A stretch of DNA of 64,000 nt. It comes from Octopus sinensis (taxonomy: Eukaryota). The DNA lies in the NCBI RefSeq assembly GCF_006345805.1, contig NC_043014.1, positions 23,684,001-23,748,000 of the forward strand, in the 5' to 3' direction. The translations under genes and the position numbers were made by a program. The notes under the pieces are model-generated. The model was not told where the DNA came from, searched no databases, and was given only the letters and a program-made list of their open reading frames with translations. Shown here in pieces: positions 28,071 to 41,812 of the stretch (position 1 is the stretch's first letter; the number at the start of each line of letters is the position of its first letter).

Positions 28071-28749
28071 CATAATGGAAATAGAAATATAATCATGAAA
28101 GGGTTAAGCTGATTCAAATAACAGTCTTAGAAATGAGAACTGATTGGTGAAATTTTACATCAGGAGCGGCAAGCTTCCAGGCTTGCAAGATTCTGACCTA
28201 CATTCAAATTTGAAATCATATGTTGATGAAACCTATATGCTAAAAGTGGCTTAAACCTTAAAACTAAAACAGTAATTGGGTTATGAATTTGTAAATTTAA
28301 ATATTCATTATTTTACGTAGTACAAATGTGGTCATATAGATTTTTATATACTTATAATTCATAACTAGCACTAAAAAGATTCCCCACTCATGTTCTGCCT
28401 GCTAGAAATAGCTGTCAATTCTCCCTTGTACTACACCTGATCATTTAAAAAAAAAACAGGCACATTAGATAATGTAGTTCATGAAACATAAACCAGAAAA
28501 AAAAGAAGTTTTTAATGATGTGATGTTGGGGGGTGGGGGTGGAATGTGTTTGATCATAGATTAGTTTGATTGGGACTATACTGGGACTAGACAGGGCTGT
28601 TTAAACAAGGCTGACTAGAAATTCCTTCCCAAATACAACAGATCATATGGAGTACAAAATTCATGGGATAACAGATCAGAGAAAAAAAAAGTTTCAGGAT
28701 AGTGAGATTAAACAATTAAAAAAAGAATGAAAGAAAAAAAGTGACATAC

Positions 28750-28868
28750 CCTTTTGATAATGTGAGTCATGTGAACAATCATCCAGGAAAGCAACAGTCT
28801 GTTACAATTGGGTATTAAATCTATCAATGTCCGAAATTGCTCAATACATTTTGAATGATTTTTTATAG
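28750..28868 (-). CDS. RALBP1: RalA-binding protein 1, coding exon (RhoGAP domain)
   Basis: atttcag| ... |gtatgt. Encodes (T)IKNHSKCIEQFRTLIDLIPNCNRLLLSWMIVHMTHIIKR, versus human F..LL..LPECNYLLISWLIVHM. Length is 119 nt, phase 1 to phase 0. Confidence 0.95.
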
Positions 28869-29029
28869 CTGAAATTAAAAATTAAAATTTATATATATAT
28901 AAGAAAACATGCCTTAGAATCTTTTAAAATCTATACTTTGGCATAAGGCAATGACTAAAGGCAGTAAAATCATAACAGCCAGTAGCAGCACCATCACCAT
29001 CATCATTGTCAGTAGCAGCAGTAATAATC

Positions 29030-29240
29030 CTTTCTACTACAGGCACAAAGCCTAAAATTTGGGGGGAGGGGCCAGTCAATTAAATCCACCCCAGAATGCA
29101 ACTGGTACTTGATTTATCGGCCCTTAAAGGATAAAAGGGAAAGTCAACCTCAGCTGAATTTGAACTCAGAACGTAAAGACATTAAATACCACTAAGCATT
29201 TCGCCCCACGTTCTAATGATTCTGCCAGCTCGCCACCTTT
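29030..29240 (-). mobile_element. SINE family B
   Basis: Reverse complement of the family B head (gaatttgaactcagaacgtaaagac..ttctgccagctcgccacc). Confidence 0.8.
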
Positions 29241-29359
29241 ATAGCAGCAGTAATGATGACTACAAAAAAATAAAAAATGCTGTATTGATTCCAGTACAAA
29301 GACTAGTGACTACTTTATCAACCTTGGATTAATCCTGAAAAACAAAATCAGCAGGGGCA

Positions 29360-30960
29360 GGATTTCAAGTGCTTTTACACTGCACCAGCACTGACCACGC
29401 ATGCTTTCTTTGTGGCTCTAAATGAATACTTTTTATATGACATCAGCACAGACAGTTTTTACATGGAACCAACACAGGTGCATTTTACGTGGCACCAGCA
29501 CCTGCAAGCCCTCGGTGATAGAGGGACAGGTCTGTATGTATAGATGGCCATGATTTTACTTAGATTGATGTGTCTTCTCAAGCACAGCAAATTACTAAAA
29601 GTTTTGGTCCATTGTCATCTCTTCAGTGAGGCCCAACATCTGAAGATCCTTTCTTACCACTCCATCCCACGTCTTCCTGGGACTACCTCTTCCACATGTT
29701 TCCTCTGCAATTAGAGAGCAGCACCTCTTGACGCAGTTGTCCTCATCCATAGTCTTCTTTCTTGCACACTGCATCTGATATCTCTTATACACAATTTTTC
29801 TCTTAAATCATTTACACTTTGTCCTAGATGCATACTAACATTACACATCCAGTGGAGCATGCTTGCTTCATTTCTTTCAAGTCATTGCCTGTCCTCTGTA
29901 GTCACAGGCATCATACAATATGCATTTCACTCTGAGGGAGAAGCCCTTTGTTACCAACAAAGGTAATAGCTTTGAATTTTGCCCAGCCCATTCTTATTTC
30001 AACAACTATACTTTCAAAGCTTCCTCCCCTACTGCTAACTTGGTCACAGAAACTATCGACTACTTCTAAGGATTCCCCCAGACATTTGTAAGAATCTATA
30101 TTCTGCACATTCCTAATGTTTATTATACCTGCACATCTGCCACACATGAAGACTACTTAAAGTGAACAAAGTCCAAAGTTCTAGTGGATATGAACATAGA
30201 GAGGACTCTACTCCCTTCAGATAAATGACCCTGCTCAATATGTATGAAAAGTGTAGCCAGGAATTCCATACAGTATATCCAGTGCAAGATATGTACATAC
30301 AAGAGGTGTAATGGAATCACAAGAAGGTTAGTAGAGAAAGTAGTTTTTGTATATAGAAGATGTGCAAGAGTAATAAACACTAAGGATATACAGGAAATAG
30401 AGTGAGTAGTTTCTGTTACCTATGTGAACTAATTAGTATTGGAGGATGTGTTGAAAGTATAGATGCTAGAATAAGAATAGGATGGAGAAAGTTCAGAGTT
30501 AAAACCTCCATTAGCAAGAAGTGAAAGGCAGTTTGTATGATGCTTGTGTATGATCAGCAATGCTATATGGTAGTGAGACATGAGCCTTGAATGCAGAGGA
30601 TTTGTGAAGGCAATAGAGGAATGATGTTAGGATGTGCCATTGGGTGTATAATGTAAGTGTGCATGTATGACAAAGTACTAATGTATTAAGAGAAAAATTA
30701 GGCATAAGAGGAATCAGATATAGAGTGAAAGAGAGGATTGTGATGGTTTGGTCATGTGATGCATATGGATGAGGACAGCTGTATAAAGAAGTGCCAATTA
30801 CTTAAAGTGGATAGGACTTGTGAGAGAAAAAAATTCAGGAAGGTATAAAATGAAGTGCTGAGATCTGACCTCAAGATATTGAGTCCCATGAAAGAGATGA
30901 CTAAGGACCAAAAGAGTTGACAATTTGCTGTGCTTGAAAGGCTCATCCATCACAGCACCT
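29360..30960. mobile_element. Two old RTE LINE fragments joined head-to-head: minus ~29360-30165, plus ~30165-30960
   Basis: The minus part reads CGRCAGII..SLEVVDSF..GWAKF..EETCGRGSPRKTWD..DLQMLGLTEEMT. The plus part reads PSDK*PCSIC..NSI..RCARVI..ARIRIGWRKF..REKLGIRGI. Both cover the same post-RT region. Confidence 0.75.
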
Positions 30961-32113
30961 GTATGTGCTGGGTCCTGTACTCAATCTGCCTGCATCAAGC
31001 ATTTCTCCCACATCCTCCTAACACCTAACCCTCCATCATTCTTTTAACAATGGTACTACTCAGCTGTTGTAATCATTTGAGAGTAGAATCAGCAACATTT
31101 CATCCCCACTTTTGCACTACCAACTACCTCCTACAATCCCTGGAACCACTTCTTTTTAAAATCCATCCCTCATTTTTATTATCATCTCTGTCCATACTAC
31201 TTTTGACTGATCACCCACTTTCTATGCTTTTAACTCCCCTTTTAGCTACATCTTAGGTCTGCTAACCTCATCTTTAACTCCTATATGCTATCATTCACAA
31301 CACTTCATATTTGCCATTGATCTCCCTTTCCTTGTTTTCCCACTCACTATAGCCATCCTCATGTATCTTTGACCTCCATCCCTGCAACAGTTCATCACTC
31401 ACCCCTTCCCTTTATTCTCACATCCAGCACATCATCTCCTTGCTTTCTAATCTATCCACTAACATATATACAACACTGCTGCTCACCACACTGTTGTCAC
31501 ATGGTTTTATGCTTATTCTGCTTGAAGATTATGTTAAGTGTACAGGTGTTTGTAACAATAAGGTATTTTTGTTTTGGGTTGTCACCAGTGAAATCATTTG
31601 GTTGAGTTGATACTGATGAATGCAAGAACATGAAATTCAGTTGAAATTTTAAATACAAATATATTTATTTCATTGTTACACAAAATGTCTTGTTGTCACA
31701 ACAGAAAAGAAATATTTGTACCAAATTCAAATAGTTCAACAATATATGATGTATTTGCTTGTCAAGAATGATTGTAGTTGTGAGTGGAGCATATTGTAAT
31801 CTGTCAATAATCAACTGGACAATCAGAACAACAGAATACAGCTGACAAGATATGAAATACAAAGCTCTGGATTGCATTATGCAGAATCTTATCTATCTAT
31901 ATTCTTCAGTATTAAATACTGGCAAAAAGAAGGCAGTGAAGGAGCTTTTGTGTGGTACACAGTACCCACACCTCCACAAATTATACCCTACCATCTTTAA
32001 AAATTATTTGAAAAAATATTTCTAATCAAAGATATGCTTGATCAGGGTTAGTCTGGAGCCACACAAAAACAGAAGACAATACGAATAAAAAAACAAACAA
32101 ATCAAATACTTAC

Positions 32114-32317
32114 TTGAAGCATCTTCAAATTTTGGCATTAATGCTGTGGTAAGCACTGGTTCTGGTAGTTCTCGTAGAAACTGCTTTAGTAGACTAGCAA
32201 CTACATTTGGTTCATGTTCATAAAGGTAAGCAGGGACTCCATTATTATAAGCTTCTTTTAGCATCTGTACTTTTGATTTTACTCCAGAGATCCGATAGAT
32301 TCCTTCACATAACAAGC
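32114..32317 (-). CDS. RALBP1: RalA-binding protein 1, coding exon (RhoGAP catalytic arginine finger)
   Basis: aaag| ... |gtaagt. Encodes (G)LLCEGIYRISGVKSKVQMLKEAYNNGVPAYLYEHEPNVVASLLKQFLRELPEPVLTTALMPKFEDAS, versus human CEGIYRVSGIKSKV..YEPNTVASLLKQYLRDLPE. Length is 204 nt, phase 1 to phase 1. Confidence 0.97.
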
Positions 32318-34643
32318 CTTTTAACAAAATGTTAAAATTCATTAATCTATCATTGATTTACCTCAAATTGTTTATTCTTTATAACTTTTTTTTTTTGGTA
32401 GTGGTAAAAGGAGAGAATCATGAAGTCTAACTGAAACATCACATCTTGCTTACAACTTCACAGAAGGACTATATGTCTCCAATTTTACTTATTTTTCACT
32501 TTCCAATGAGAATTCTGCCTGTTAAGCTGCTGGAGTAAACTTATGACCAAAAGCCCACCCAATCATGCTCATTCCATCTTTTTCTTGAGAAGTACAAATC
32601 TAAGATGACATTATCCAAGACAGATGGTGTAATTTGAGGGAGATCTAGCTGGTATTTTTCACATGTTGGGCGATAATTATAAAGGCTCCTTTACTACCTT
32701 GCAAAAGACTTTTGTAGACTTTTGTTGCAAGTATATGAAATTTCAGGAAATTTACAATGTATGGGGGGGGGGGGTATTTTCTCCTTGAGATTTATTTAAG
32801 TTCTAAATGGATTTCAAGCCAGTCACAAGACTTCTTGAGTTAAGAGACTTCTTGGAGTTTTTAAGTATGTGGTTGATTTAGTGTACATATATATCTAAGG
32901 TTATGTACTAGCATTTATGTTTGGTGTGAACATGTCTCCTGAGTGCTTAGGTGTCTGTGTATGTGTGCATCATTAATTCTTATATGTATGTCCTGGTAGA
33001 TGCACACAACCAAGTGTATGCAAATATTCATTTAAAGAATCTCAGATAGAGAATATTTGGAATGTCATATAAATTTTCACAAAGCTGCTAATAGATTGGA
33101 TTCGAAGGAGGTGCATCAGTTCCTTTTGCTCTGTCTTAGAAAAGCCTAGTATTTTTAGGTTTTATGCAAAGCTTCTTTAGTCTCCCAATTCCACCTCTTC
33201 CTGCCTTCAACTCTACTTTCTTTTTTAGGGAAGGCACACTTCATGTTCTTGTGACAAACAAGTAAAAGTCGTAAACATTGTACAGAGAAAGGAGTAAACC
33301 TTAATGTAGTTTTAATTAGAAGTAGAAAATGAATTACTCTGCTTTAAATCTTATAGAAGAGATTGTATTGTAGAACCCAGTTGACCTGTTCTACTGCTTG
33401 TAGTATTGTTTTGTTGAAGTACCCCAAATATCCAAGGATAGAAATGGGACAACCACTTTTGAATGATCTTATTAGCAGTCACAGGTTTGCTCGGGGTAGG
33501 AGGTCGAAGTCTTTATTGATAACATAACAAACAATTTACAGTATGTACACTGGAAGTTGCAAGCTATGCAAAAATGGAAAATTGATTTACACTGATAAGA
33601 ATGAACTATTTTTAGAACTACAAAGAATGATTAACAGTTAAATGAATAAATGACAGTTAAGTAAATTTAACATAGAATGTTTACCACCACATTTAATTTT
33701 ATACCCTTAGCTGTGCAGTATGTGTAGTAGGCAAGGCAAAAATATGTGTGTTTCACTCAATTGAGCCTCAATCTGTTTTTGATGCCATTTGTAAAAATGT
33801 CCAGACATGAATGTAGACAGCCATCATGTTATGATAAGCTGAAGATCCATCTTTACAATTGCCATTTTATAAATGGAGTTCAAGCTTATTGCATTATGGT
33901 CAATTCTGCACTCCACTTCAATCAGTGCCCAGGGCATGTGCCCCCTTGCCCCAACCTAGTTACGCTACTGGTCAAGAGAGTTCCTGGGTTTTGCAAATAT
34001 GTGGTGGAATTAGTGTGTGCATGTATGCAGGTGTATGCACTTGTATTTATGTTGTGTGAACATGTCTCTTTAATGCTTAGGTGTTTGTGTTAGATGGAGA
34101 ATCTTTAGAATAACTTATAAATTTCCATTGTACCATTAATACATTGGATTTGGGGGAGATGTGCATATGTTTTTTTTGCTCTTCCTTAGAAAAACCTAAT
34201 ATTTTTAGGCTTTTGTGCAAATCTATGGCTACATACATATGCATGTACATATGTATATATATATATATATATATGTATGTATATCAGGGATTGGAATGGC
34301 ACAAGAAATAGGGTGTTGGACAAAATACATGGCTGATGTTTGGCAATGTTCTATTAGATTCTGAATTCCAAACCCACCCAAGCTGACTTTGCCTTGCTTC
34401 CTTTTTAAGTTACTAAATTAAGTGCCAAAAAACAGAGGATCAGGAGGGATACAACTAACTGAAATCTTTAAAGATAGTGGCTTAGCACAGCCACAGTCCA
34501 ATGACTCTAAAACCAGTAAAAAAAAGAAAGAAATTTTCTAATTATCTGACAGACTTTTAAATAGTAAAACTAATAGGAGAAATACCAAGTCAACAATGAA
34601 AATGAAGAAATGATACATAGGAGGATTAGTTATTTCTACTGAC

Positions 34644-34793
34644 CGTGTTCCTCAATATAATCAATACATTCTCTAAATATAGCAGGTAGTTCGATGCCAT
34701 CATGACATTTACTTCTTTCCACAGCAAGAGTTAAAGGAACTCCAAAAACAGGTTTCTCGCATATGTTTCCTGATGGTTGCACAGCACCAGCTT
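34644..34793 (-). CDS. RALBP1: RalA-binding protein 1, coding exon (start of RhoGAP domain)
   Basis: tttttag| ... |gtcagt. Encodes (E)AGAVQPSGNICEKPVFGVPLTLAVERSKCHDGIELPAIFRECIDYIEEH, versus human KPIFGIPLADAVERT..DGIRLPAVFRECIDYVE. Length is 150 nt, phase 1 to phase 1. Confidence 0.96.
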
Positions 34794-36619
34794 CTAAAAA
34801 GAAAATATTAGAATAAAAAAAGGTCTGACTTTGCTGATACTAAGTAGTCGTAGCTGTGAATGTTTACATAAGATTTTTTCAACGTTAAAAGATGCTCTGT
34901 TGAAATACTACATACCTCAGTGTATGTCCATTGCTTATCTCTAACTTTGGTGATACCTTATTTTGGCATGGGCAGCTCTCACAAATCATTTCTCCATACC
35001 TAGCATTTTTATTTCTCCTAGACTACAGAACTAAAGCCCTATTTAAAAAATCCTTCTACAGTCAAAAATACAAGCAAGAAATATCTGTTATTCATGAAGT
35101 ATTCCTATTGTTCTCTATTTGTTAATTATTTTACTTGTTTCACTCATTGGATCATGGCCATAATGGAGCACAGCTTCAAAACTTTTAGTTGATTACATTG
35201 ATCCTAAGTACTTTGTTGACCTCAGAAGAAGAAAGACAAAATCAACCTGTGAGTAATTTTAACATGAAAGTAAAGGACAGTAGCCAAACAGGGTTATTCT
35301 ATCTGATGCTGATATCATATGCATATGCTGACAATCAAACACACACACACATGATGGGCTTTCTCATAGTTTCATTACATTGTCAACAGCGATGGTAGAG
35401 TTTTTACATCCACTTTCCCATGCTTCCATGGGTCAAAAAGATTATACTGGGACAGATTTTCTACCATCAGGTGCATTTCCTGTTGCCAACACTCATCTGT
35501 CTTCAAACATGGTAATATTTTCCCATGGCCTGACATTTTCTCAGAATATTGGAAATGAATGACACTGCTTGTATAACAGTGACACTCATTTACAACTATC
35601 AGGCAATGTTAAGACAAGCAGACACAAATACATTCACACACACTCATCAATCCATCGACCCAATTATCATTCATTCTCAAAACTTTTACAAAGCCAAGGC
35701 TATGGTGAAAGCATTTTCCAAAGGTATCACATCATGAGATCAAGGCCAGAATCTCATGATTGCAAGGTGAACTTCTTAACCATGCAGCTATGTTTGTGTT
35801 TATAACACTCTGAAATGTTTCAGTAGAAATAACTCAGATTTCAAAGTTTGGTCTAAATCCATACAGAATCCTTTCCTGAACCAGCTTTATTACGAAACTT
35901 ACAAACACAACCTCATCTCAGCAAATACATAAAAAGATTGCCAGCAAGCCAATTAAAGGTGTTGGAAACAATTAAATCAACTGCACTTCTCTCTTAAAAT
36001 GTGTAACCTTATGCATAGGTTAGACACAAAAACAAACAACAGTAGTTGAGTAGCTTTAGTAATCTACTATTCAGTGGTGGTTGTTATTGCGGCTATTTAA
36101 CAGAGGTCAACCTTCAACAGCAGACCTATGAGCAGTGGCACACCACTAGTGATCATCTCACTATTTTGTATATCAGAACTATATTGATATACAAAAAAAA
36201 AATACATCAGACAAACAGTATGGTTTTATTGGAGATTTGGCTGCTATTTGTTGCAAGTCAAGAGATTGCACAAAGGGAAGTCTCTTAAAAATATAAAAGA
36301 AAAAAGCTGGTAATGGCATCCTTATAGTTTGTGTTGGCTACAATAAGGTATGAAGAGAGTATGAATGAAAGATAACTGGTAGACAAAAGATGAGAGTTAG
36401 GTGAAGACTTGATCCAAATGGCAGGAGACTGTGGAAAAGAAAAGCCCAGAAAAACATGGAAAGTAATAATGAGAGTTGATCACAGGATACTGAACAAGGG
36501 CAAGACCTGTCCAACATATACCAGTTTGTAAAAATGAGTATAAAATAATGAAGATGGCAGCAACAGTGGTGCTGTCATTACTGCCACAATAGTTTAATGT
36601 ATAATATTAAACAACTTAC

Positions 36620-36743
36620 CAGAAAAGCCTATGTGAAAATCCTGACGTTTGGATTTCTTTTTGTCTTTCAATTTATATTTCACACGTTTGGTTTCTTTTT
36701 CATCTTTCTTCTTCTCTTCTTTGCGTCCTTCTTTCTTTTCTTC
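36620..36743 (-). CDS. RALBP1: RalA-binding protein 1, coding exon (Lys/Glu-rich N-terminal region)
   Basis: atttcag| ... |gtaagt. Encodes EEKKEGRKEEKKKDEKETKRVKYKLKDKKKSKRQDFHIGFS. The phase-1 end joins the 34793 exon in frame, and the composition matches the KE-rich region of RLIP76. Upstream exons were not found in the window. Confidence 0.85.
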
Positions 36744-37231
36744 CTGAAATTAATTTTCATCATTTGATTACTCCTTAGCAGAGACAGACAAAACATTAAT
36801 ACTCAACTAGTTTATGTGGCAAACATTATAGCATTAACAACAACAAATTAAAAATTTCTCAATTTACAACAAAAAAAAAAAGAAACCAAAACCTTTTAAG
36901 AGAAAAATTACAAATACACTAATAAAGACATTAGTTTTTTGTCTTTTTAGAGATGAAAATCTTAAAGAAATTTTAAAACAAGAAGATAATATATTTTTTA
37001 AAAGGATTTAAAATGTAATACAATATTTAGTCAATCAAGGGAGTAAACAAAAACAAAAAGGGAAACGAAGTTTAAGACTAATATGAAAAACAAAGGTGTG
37101 AAGACAGGGATTCCTAAATGAAGACTTTGGAAACATGCAATGATATAAACTATTGAGATCGTGGAAATCTAAATGTAGAGAGTCAAACAAAGGTCATTAA
37201 AACAGCTAGAAACAAATATATAAGAACAACT

Positions 37232-37378
37232 TTGAACAATACACTTGCACCAAAGGATGTTGAGGGATATTTCGGCTTCTAAAACTAGACAACATCAGAA
37301 TACATTGAACAATACACTTGCACCAAAGGATGTTGAGGGATATTTCGGCTTCTAAAACTAGACAACCTCAGAATACAT
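37232..37378. repeat. 73-bp tandem duplication, 2 copies
   Basis: ttgaacaatacacttgcaccaaaggatgttgagggatatttcggcttctaaaactagacaac begins at 37232 and 37305. Confidence 0.95.
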
Positions 37379-37549
37379 AAACATAAATAGATACTTATGA
37401 ACACATAATCTATTTACACAAATACATGGATGCACGTAAGTATATATGTAGATGTGCGTGTGAGTGTTTGTATCCCGTACCTACCAGTAATATTTCTGCG
37501 CAATTGATTGACCTTTAGTTATCTCTATTCTGTTTGACTCTGACTCTGT

Positions 37550-37790
37550 CTATTTCAGCCTCACGCCTCATGTTAAATATATATATAATTCTATAGTTCC
37601 TCTCAATTATAGATGTCTCAGATAAATTTCAGCCTCACGTCTCATGTTAAATATATATATATTTCTATAGTTCTTCTCAATTATCGATGTCTCAGATAAA
37701 TTTCAGCCTCACGTCTCATTAAATATAGAATAAATATATATATAATTTTATAGTTCCTCTTACTTATCGATGTCTATGATAAATTTAGCT
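37550..37790. repeat. ~78-bp tandem repeat, ~3 copies
   Basis: Repeated atttcagcctcacg(c/t)ctcat..atagttc(c/t)tct..atgtctcagataa. Confidence 0.85.
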
Positions 37791-38092
37791 CACGCATCTC
37801 CCATAAATCTGCAAAATATCTGTCTCTCAAATTTAGGTATTTTATACATACTACTAAGTATTCCTTTTCCAAAAAATGAGAGGCACCCCTTCATGGCTGC
37901 TAGTTTTCGCGGTGCACCCGCCCTCCCACCCCCTCCACCGTTACAGGAAGTCCCAAATTTTGTCATCCTTGGTTGTCTCCCATGTACACTTCAAAAGTTT
38001 TACGCCACCCCACCCCCAGCTATAAGAGGTAGTGATCATACATTGCAAAATATGATAGTGTAGTGTACGCGGTTTGAACTTAAGTCTATTGT

Positions 38093-41000
38093 TTGTCAAT
38101 GAATCCTGCCAAACACGAGTTTTCTTTTCAGGTTCATGAAGCTACTAGGGCCAATACCTCCCACACCCTCAGGGTTGGCAACCTCAACGTTGGCACACTG
38201 AAAGGCAGGTCTGGCAAGATTGTTGAGTTGCTTGAACGGAGGTGTGCTGATATATGCTGCATTCAAGAAGTGAGGTGGAGAGAAGGTTCTGCTAGGTTCC
38301 TCACAGGCAAAGAACACAGGTACAAGATTTTATGGGCTGGGAACACTGACGGGGTCGGAGGTGTGGGTATACTTATCGCCGAAAAATGGGTAGATAAGGT
38401 AATCGAGGTAGTCAGAGTATGCGACAGAATACTTAAGATTAGATTAGTGCTTCATCATGGTTTAGCAACCATTATATCGGCCTATGCCCCTCAGCCAGGG
38501 CTACCCGATGGACAGACACCTTACTGCAGACCACCTCATTGACGAACGACAGGGATCTTCTCTTTGTGGCTGGTGACTTCAATTGGCATGTTGGACGACA
38601 TGCTGGGGGCTTCCATGGCGTACATGGAGGCTATGGTTATGGTTCCCGCAATGAGGAGGGAACCAGGCTGCTGGAGTTCTGCGATGCGAATAGTCTTATG
38701 GTTTGCAACACTAACTTCAGGAAACCTACAAGCCACCTGGTCACCTACCGATCGGGCCGACATACTAGCCAAATCAACTACATACTTACCAGAAAAAGGG
38801 AGAGATGACTGCTTATAAATGCCAAAACCTTCCCAGGCGATGAATGTACCCCACAACATAGACTGGTAGTTAGTGACTTTAGGATCAGAACTAAGAGGAC
38901 GACTAGAAGACGACCAACATGGAGAAGAAGGGTCTGGAAGCTTAAAGATCTTGCGAATGGACAGAGATTTAGAGACATATTACTTAAAGCCTTTGACGAA
39001 ATAGAACAGGGTATAGCTTCACATGGGGTAGAAGAGAACTGGAGGTCTCTAAGGGACAACCTGCTGAGAGCCACTGACCAGATCTGTGGTTGGTGCAAAG
39101 TCCCCTCAAGACCCAAAATAACGTGGTGGTGGAACAATATTGTTGACAGGGCTATTAGACAAAAGAAACAGGCTTGGAAGGACTGGAAGAACGGTGGTAG
39201 CAGGGAAGTGTATCAGACTGCCAGAAGGGAAGCTAGGAGGCAGGTGTATTTAGCCAGAGGGGAAGCAGATAAGAAAAAATTTGCCAATGTTCTGCGCCGT
39301 GAGGATGAAAGGCTTGAGGTATTTCGTGTTGCAAGACAGTGTGTAAGAGAGAATCGTGACGTGGTAGGAGAGAAATGTGTTCGCAAGGATGACGGTTCAC
39401 TTGCGCTAAATGATGATGCAAAGAGAGAGTTTTGGAGACACTACTATGAAAGGTTGCTGAATGAGGAAAATGAATGGGATAAAGAGAGTCTGCCGAATGT
39501 CGACCCAACAGAGGGACCAGCAATCCGAGTCGACAGTTCCTTAGTAGTTAAGGCAATTACAAGCATGAAAACAGGGAAAGCCCCAGGCCCATCAGGGATT
39601 ACTGCAGAGATGCTCAAAATATCTGGTAGTGTCGGCTATAGCCTAGTCACTCGTATAGTTAACCAGGTGATACACGAAGGAGTCATACCCAATGACTGGC
39701 GTAGCAGCATAATAGTCAACTGCTACAAAGGTAAAGGTGACGCCCTAGATACAAATAACTACAGGGGTATCAAGCTGCTGGATCAGGTAATAAAGGTTAT
39801 GGAGAGGGTTATAGCCCAACTAATTAGAGAGAGAGTTAGCTTAGATGAGATGCAGTTTGGGTTCGTGCCAGGGAAAAGTACTACTGATGCTGGTAAGACA
39901 GCTGCAGGAGAAATACCTAGCCAAAGATAAGCCCCTGTACCTGGCTTTTGTTGACATGGAGAAAGCCTTCGACAGGGTCCCCCGATCCCTTATCAATGAG
40001 GAAACTAGGGATAGATGAATGGTTAGTGAGAGCTGTGCGAGCCACGTACAGAGATGCTGATAGTAAGGTGAGGGTTGGCAACGAGTACAGGGAAGAATTC
40101 CGGGTAGAGGTTGGGGTCCACCCCTCCTATTTATCATAGTCCTCCAGGCAATAACGGAGAAATTCAAGACAGGATGCCCCTGGGAGCTCCTCTATGCTGA
40201 TGACCTTGCTCTAATTGCTGAGTCACTATCAGAACTGGAGGAGAAGTTTCAGGTGTGGAAGCAAGGATTAGAATCAAAGGGCCTTAGAGTCAACCTAGCC
40301 AAAACCAAAGTACTAATAAGTAGGAAGGTAGACAAATCACAAACACCTTCAGGTAGATGGCCCTGCTCGATCTGTAGAAAAGGTGTAGGTAGAAACTCTA
40401 TAAGATGCACCAAGTGTAAGCTATGGACACATAAGAGGTGCAGCAATGTCAAAGGAAGGCTAACTAGGAAAATAGATTTTGTTTGTGGCAGATGCTCAGG
40501 AGCAATAAACGCTGAAAATGTGCAGAGACCAACTTCTACCACATTCCAGGGAGAAAAACTAGAAATAGTTGATAGCTTCCGTTACCTAGGTGACCAGGTC
40601 AGTAGCGGGGGTGGGTGTGCTGAAAGTGCAACTGCTAGAGTAAAAATAGCCTGGGAAAAGTTCAGAGAGCTCTTACCCCTGCTGGTGACAAAAGGCCTCT
40701 CGCTTAGAGTAAAAGGCAGACTGTATGATGCATGTGTACGAACAGCCATGCTACATGGTAGTGAAACATGGGCCGTGACTACTGAGGATATGCGTAAGCT
40801 TGCAAGAAATGAAGCCAGTATGCTCCGATGGATGTGTAATGTTGGTGTTCATACTCGACAGAGTGTAAGTACCTTGAGAGAAAAGTTGGACCTAAGAAGC
40901 ATCAGTTGTGGTGTGCAAGAGAGACGTTTGCGCTGGTATGGTCATGTAACAAGAATGGCTGAAGATAGTTGTGTGAAAAAGTGCCACACCCTAGCGGTTG

Positions 41001-41617
41001 AGGGAACCTGTGGAAGAGGTAGACCCAGGAAAACCTGGGATGAGGTGGTGAAGCACGACCTTCGAACTTTAGGTCTCACCAAGGAAATGACTAGAGGCCG
41101 AGACCTATGGAAATATGCTGTGCGTGAGAAGACCTGGCAGGACTAGTGAGACCATAACCCATGGCCTCTAACTGGCCAGTCGACTTATGCATACCTTTCC
41201 TTCTTGGGACACAAAACTCCGCTTGTGAAGACCCGTTGAGGCAAGTGGAAATCAGAACCAAAATCAAAGTCGATCAACATCAATGGAAATTGCAGCTGTG
41301 ATAGCAGTGCCGGTGGCACGTAAGCGAACCGTCCAATCGTGGCCGTTGCCAGCGCCGCCCGGACTGGCCTTTGTGCCGGTGGCACATAAAAAGCACCATC
41401 CGACCGTGGCCGTTTGCCAGCCCGTCTGGCACCTGTGCCGGTGGCACGTAAAAAGCACCCACTACACTCACGGAGTGGTTGGCGTGAGGAAGGGCATCCA
41501 GCCATAGGAACATTGCCAGATCAGACTGGGCCTGGTGCAGCCTTTTGGCTTCCCAGACCCAGTTGAATCGTCCAACCCATGCTAGCATGGAAAGCGGACG
41601 CTAAATGATGATGATGA
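38093..41617 (+). mobile_element. Near-full-length RTE-clade LINE (APE endonuclease plus RT), frameshifted
   Basis: APE motifs: GNLNVGTL..ICCIQEVRW..AYAPQ..GDFN.HVG..SQINYIL..PQHRLVV. RT motifs: KAPGPSG..CYKGKGD..QFGF..DMEKAF..LLYADD..YLG..ETW..RWYGH. The 3' UTR has tandem gtgccggtggcac units and ends in a (GAT)n tail at 41617. Confidence 0.95.
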
Positions 41618-41812
41618 TATACACAGAGAATTCTGTTAGACGTTATGTTAGCCTCATGAAACGATGGTATCATCCAAGGAAAAATTGGCTCAATACCAAA
41701 TCAATTTCCGTAAATATATATATACACATACATATATACATATCTTAAATATGCATATAATACACACACACACACACGCACATATATTATATGTGTGTGT
41801 ATATATATAACA

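Noticed and set aside
27497-28107. cccttt...aaagggttaa ends suggesting a second piggyBac miniature around a SINE
   Set aside because: Only 6 bp of TIR match and the left site is GTAA rather than TTAA.
32900-34230. Decayed direct duplication (~32900-33170 versus ~34030-34220) with a possible L1/Tx1-like 3' end
   Set aside because: Too degraded to assign a family or boundaries reliably.
37870-37930. gcacc/ggtgc pairing upstream of the RTE as a possible HDV-like ribozyme
   Set aside because: I could not assemble P2, P3 and P1.1 of the double pseudoknot by eye. A descriptor search would be needed.
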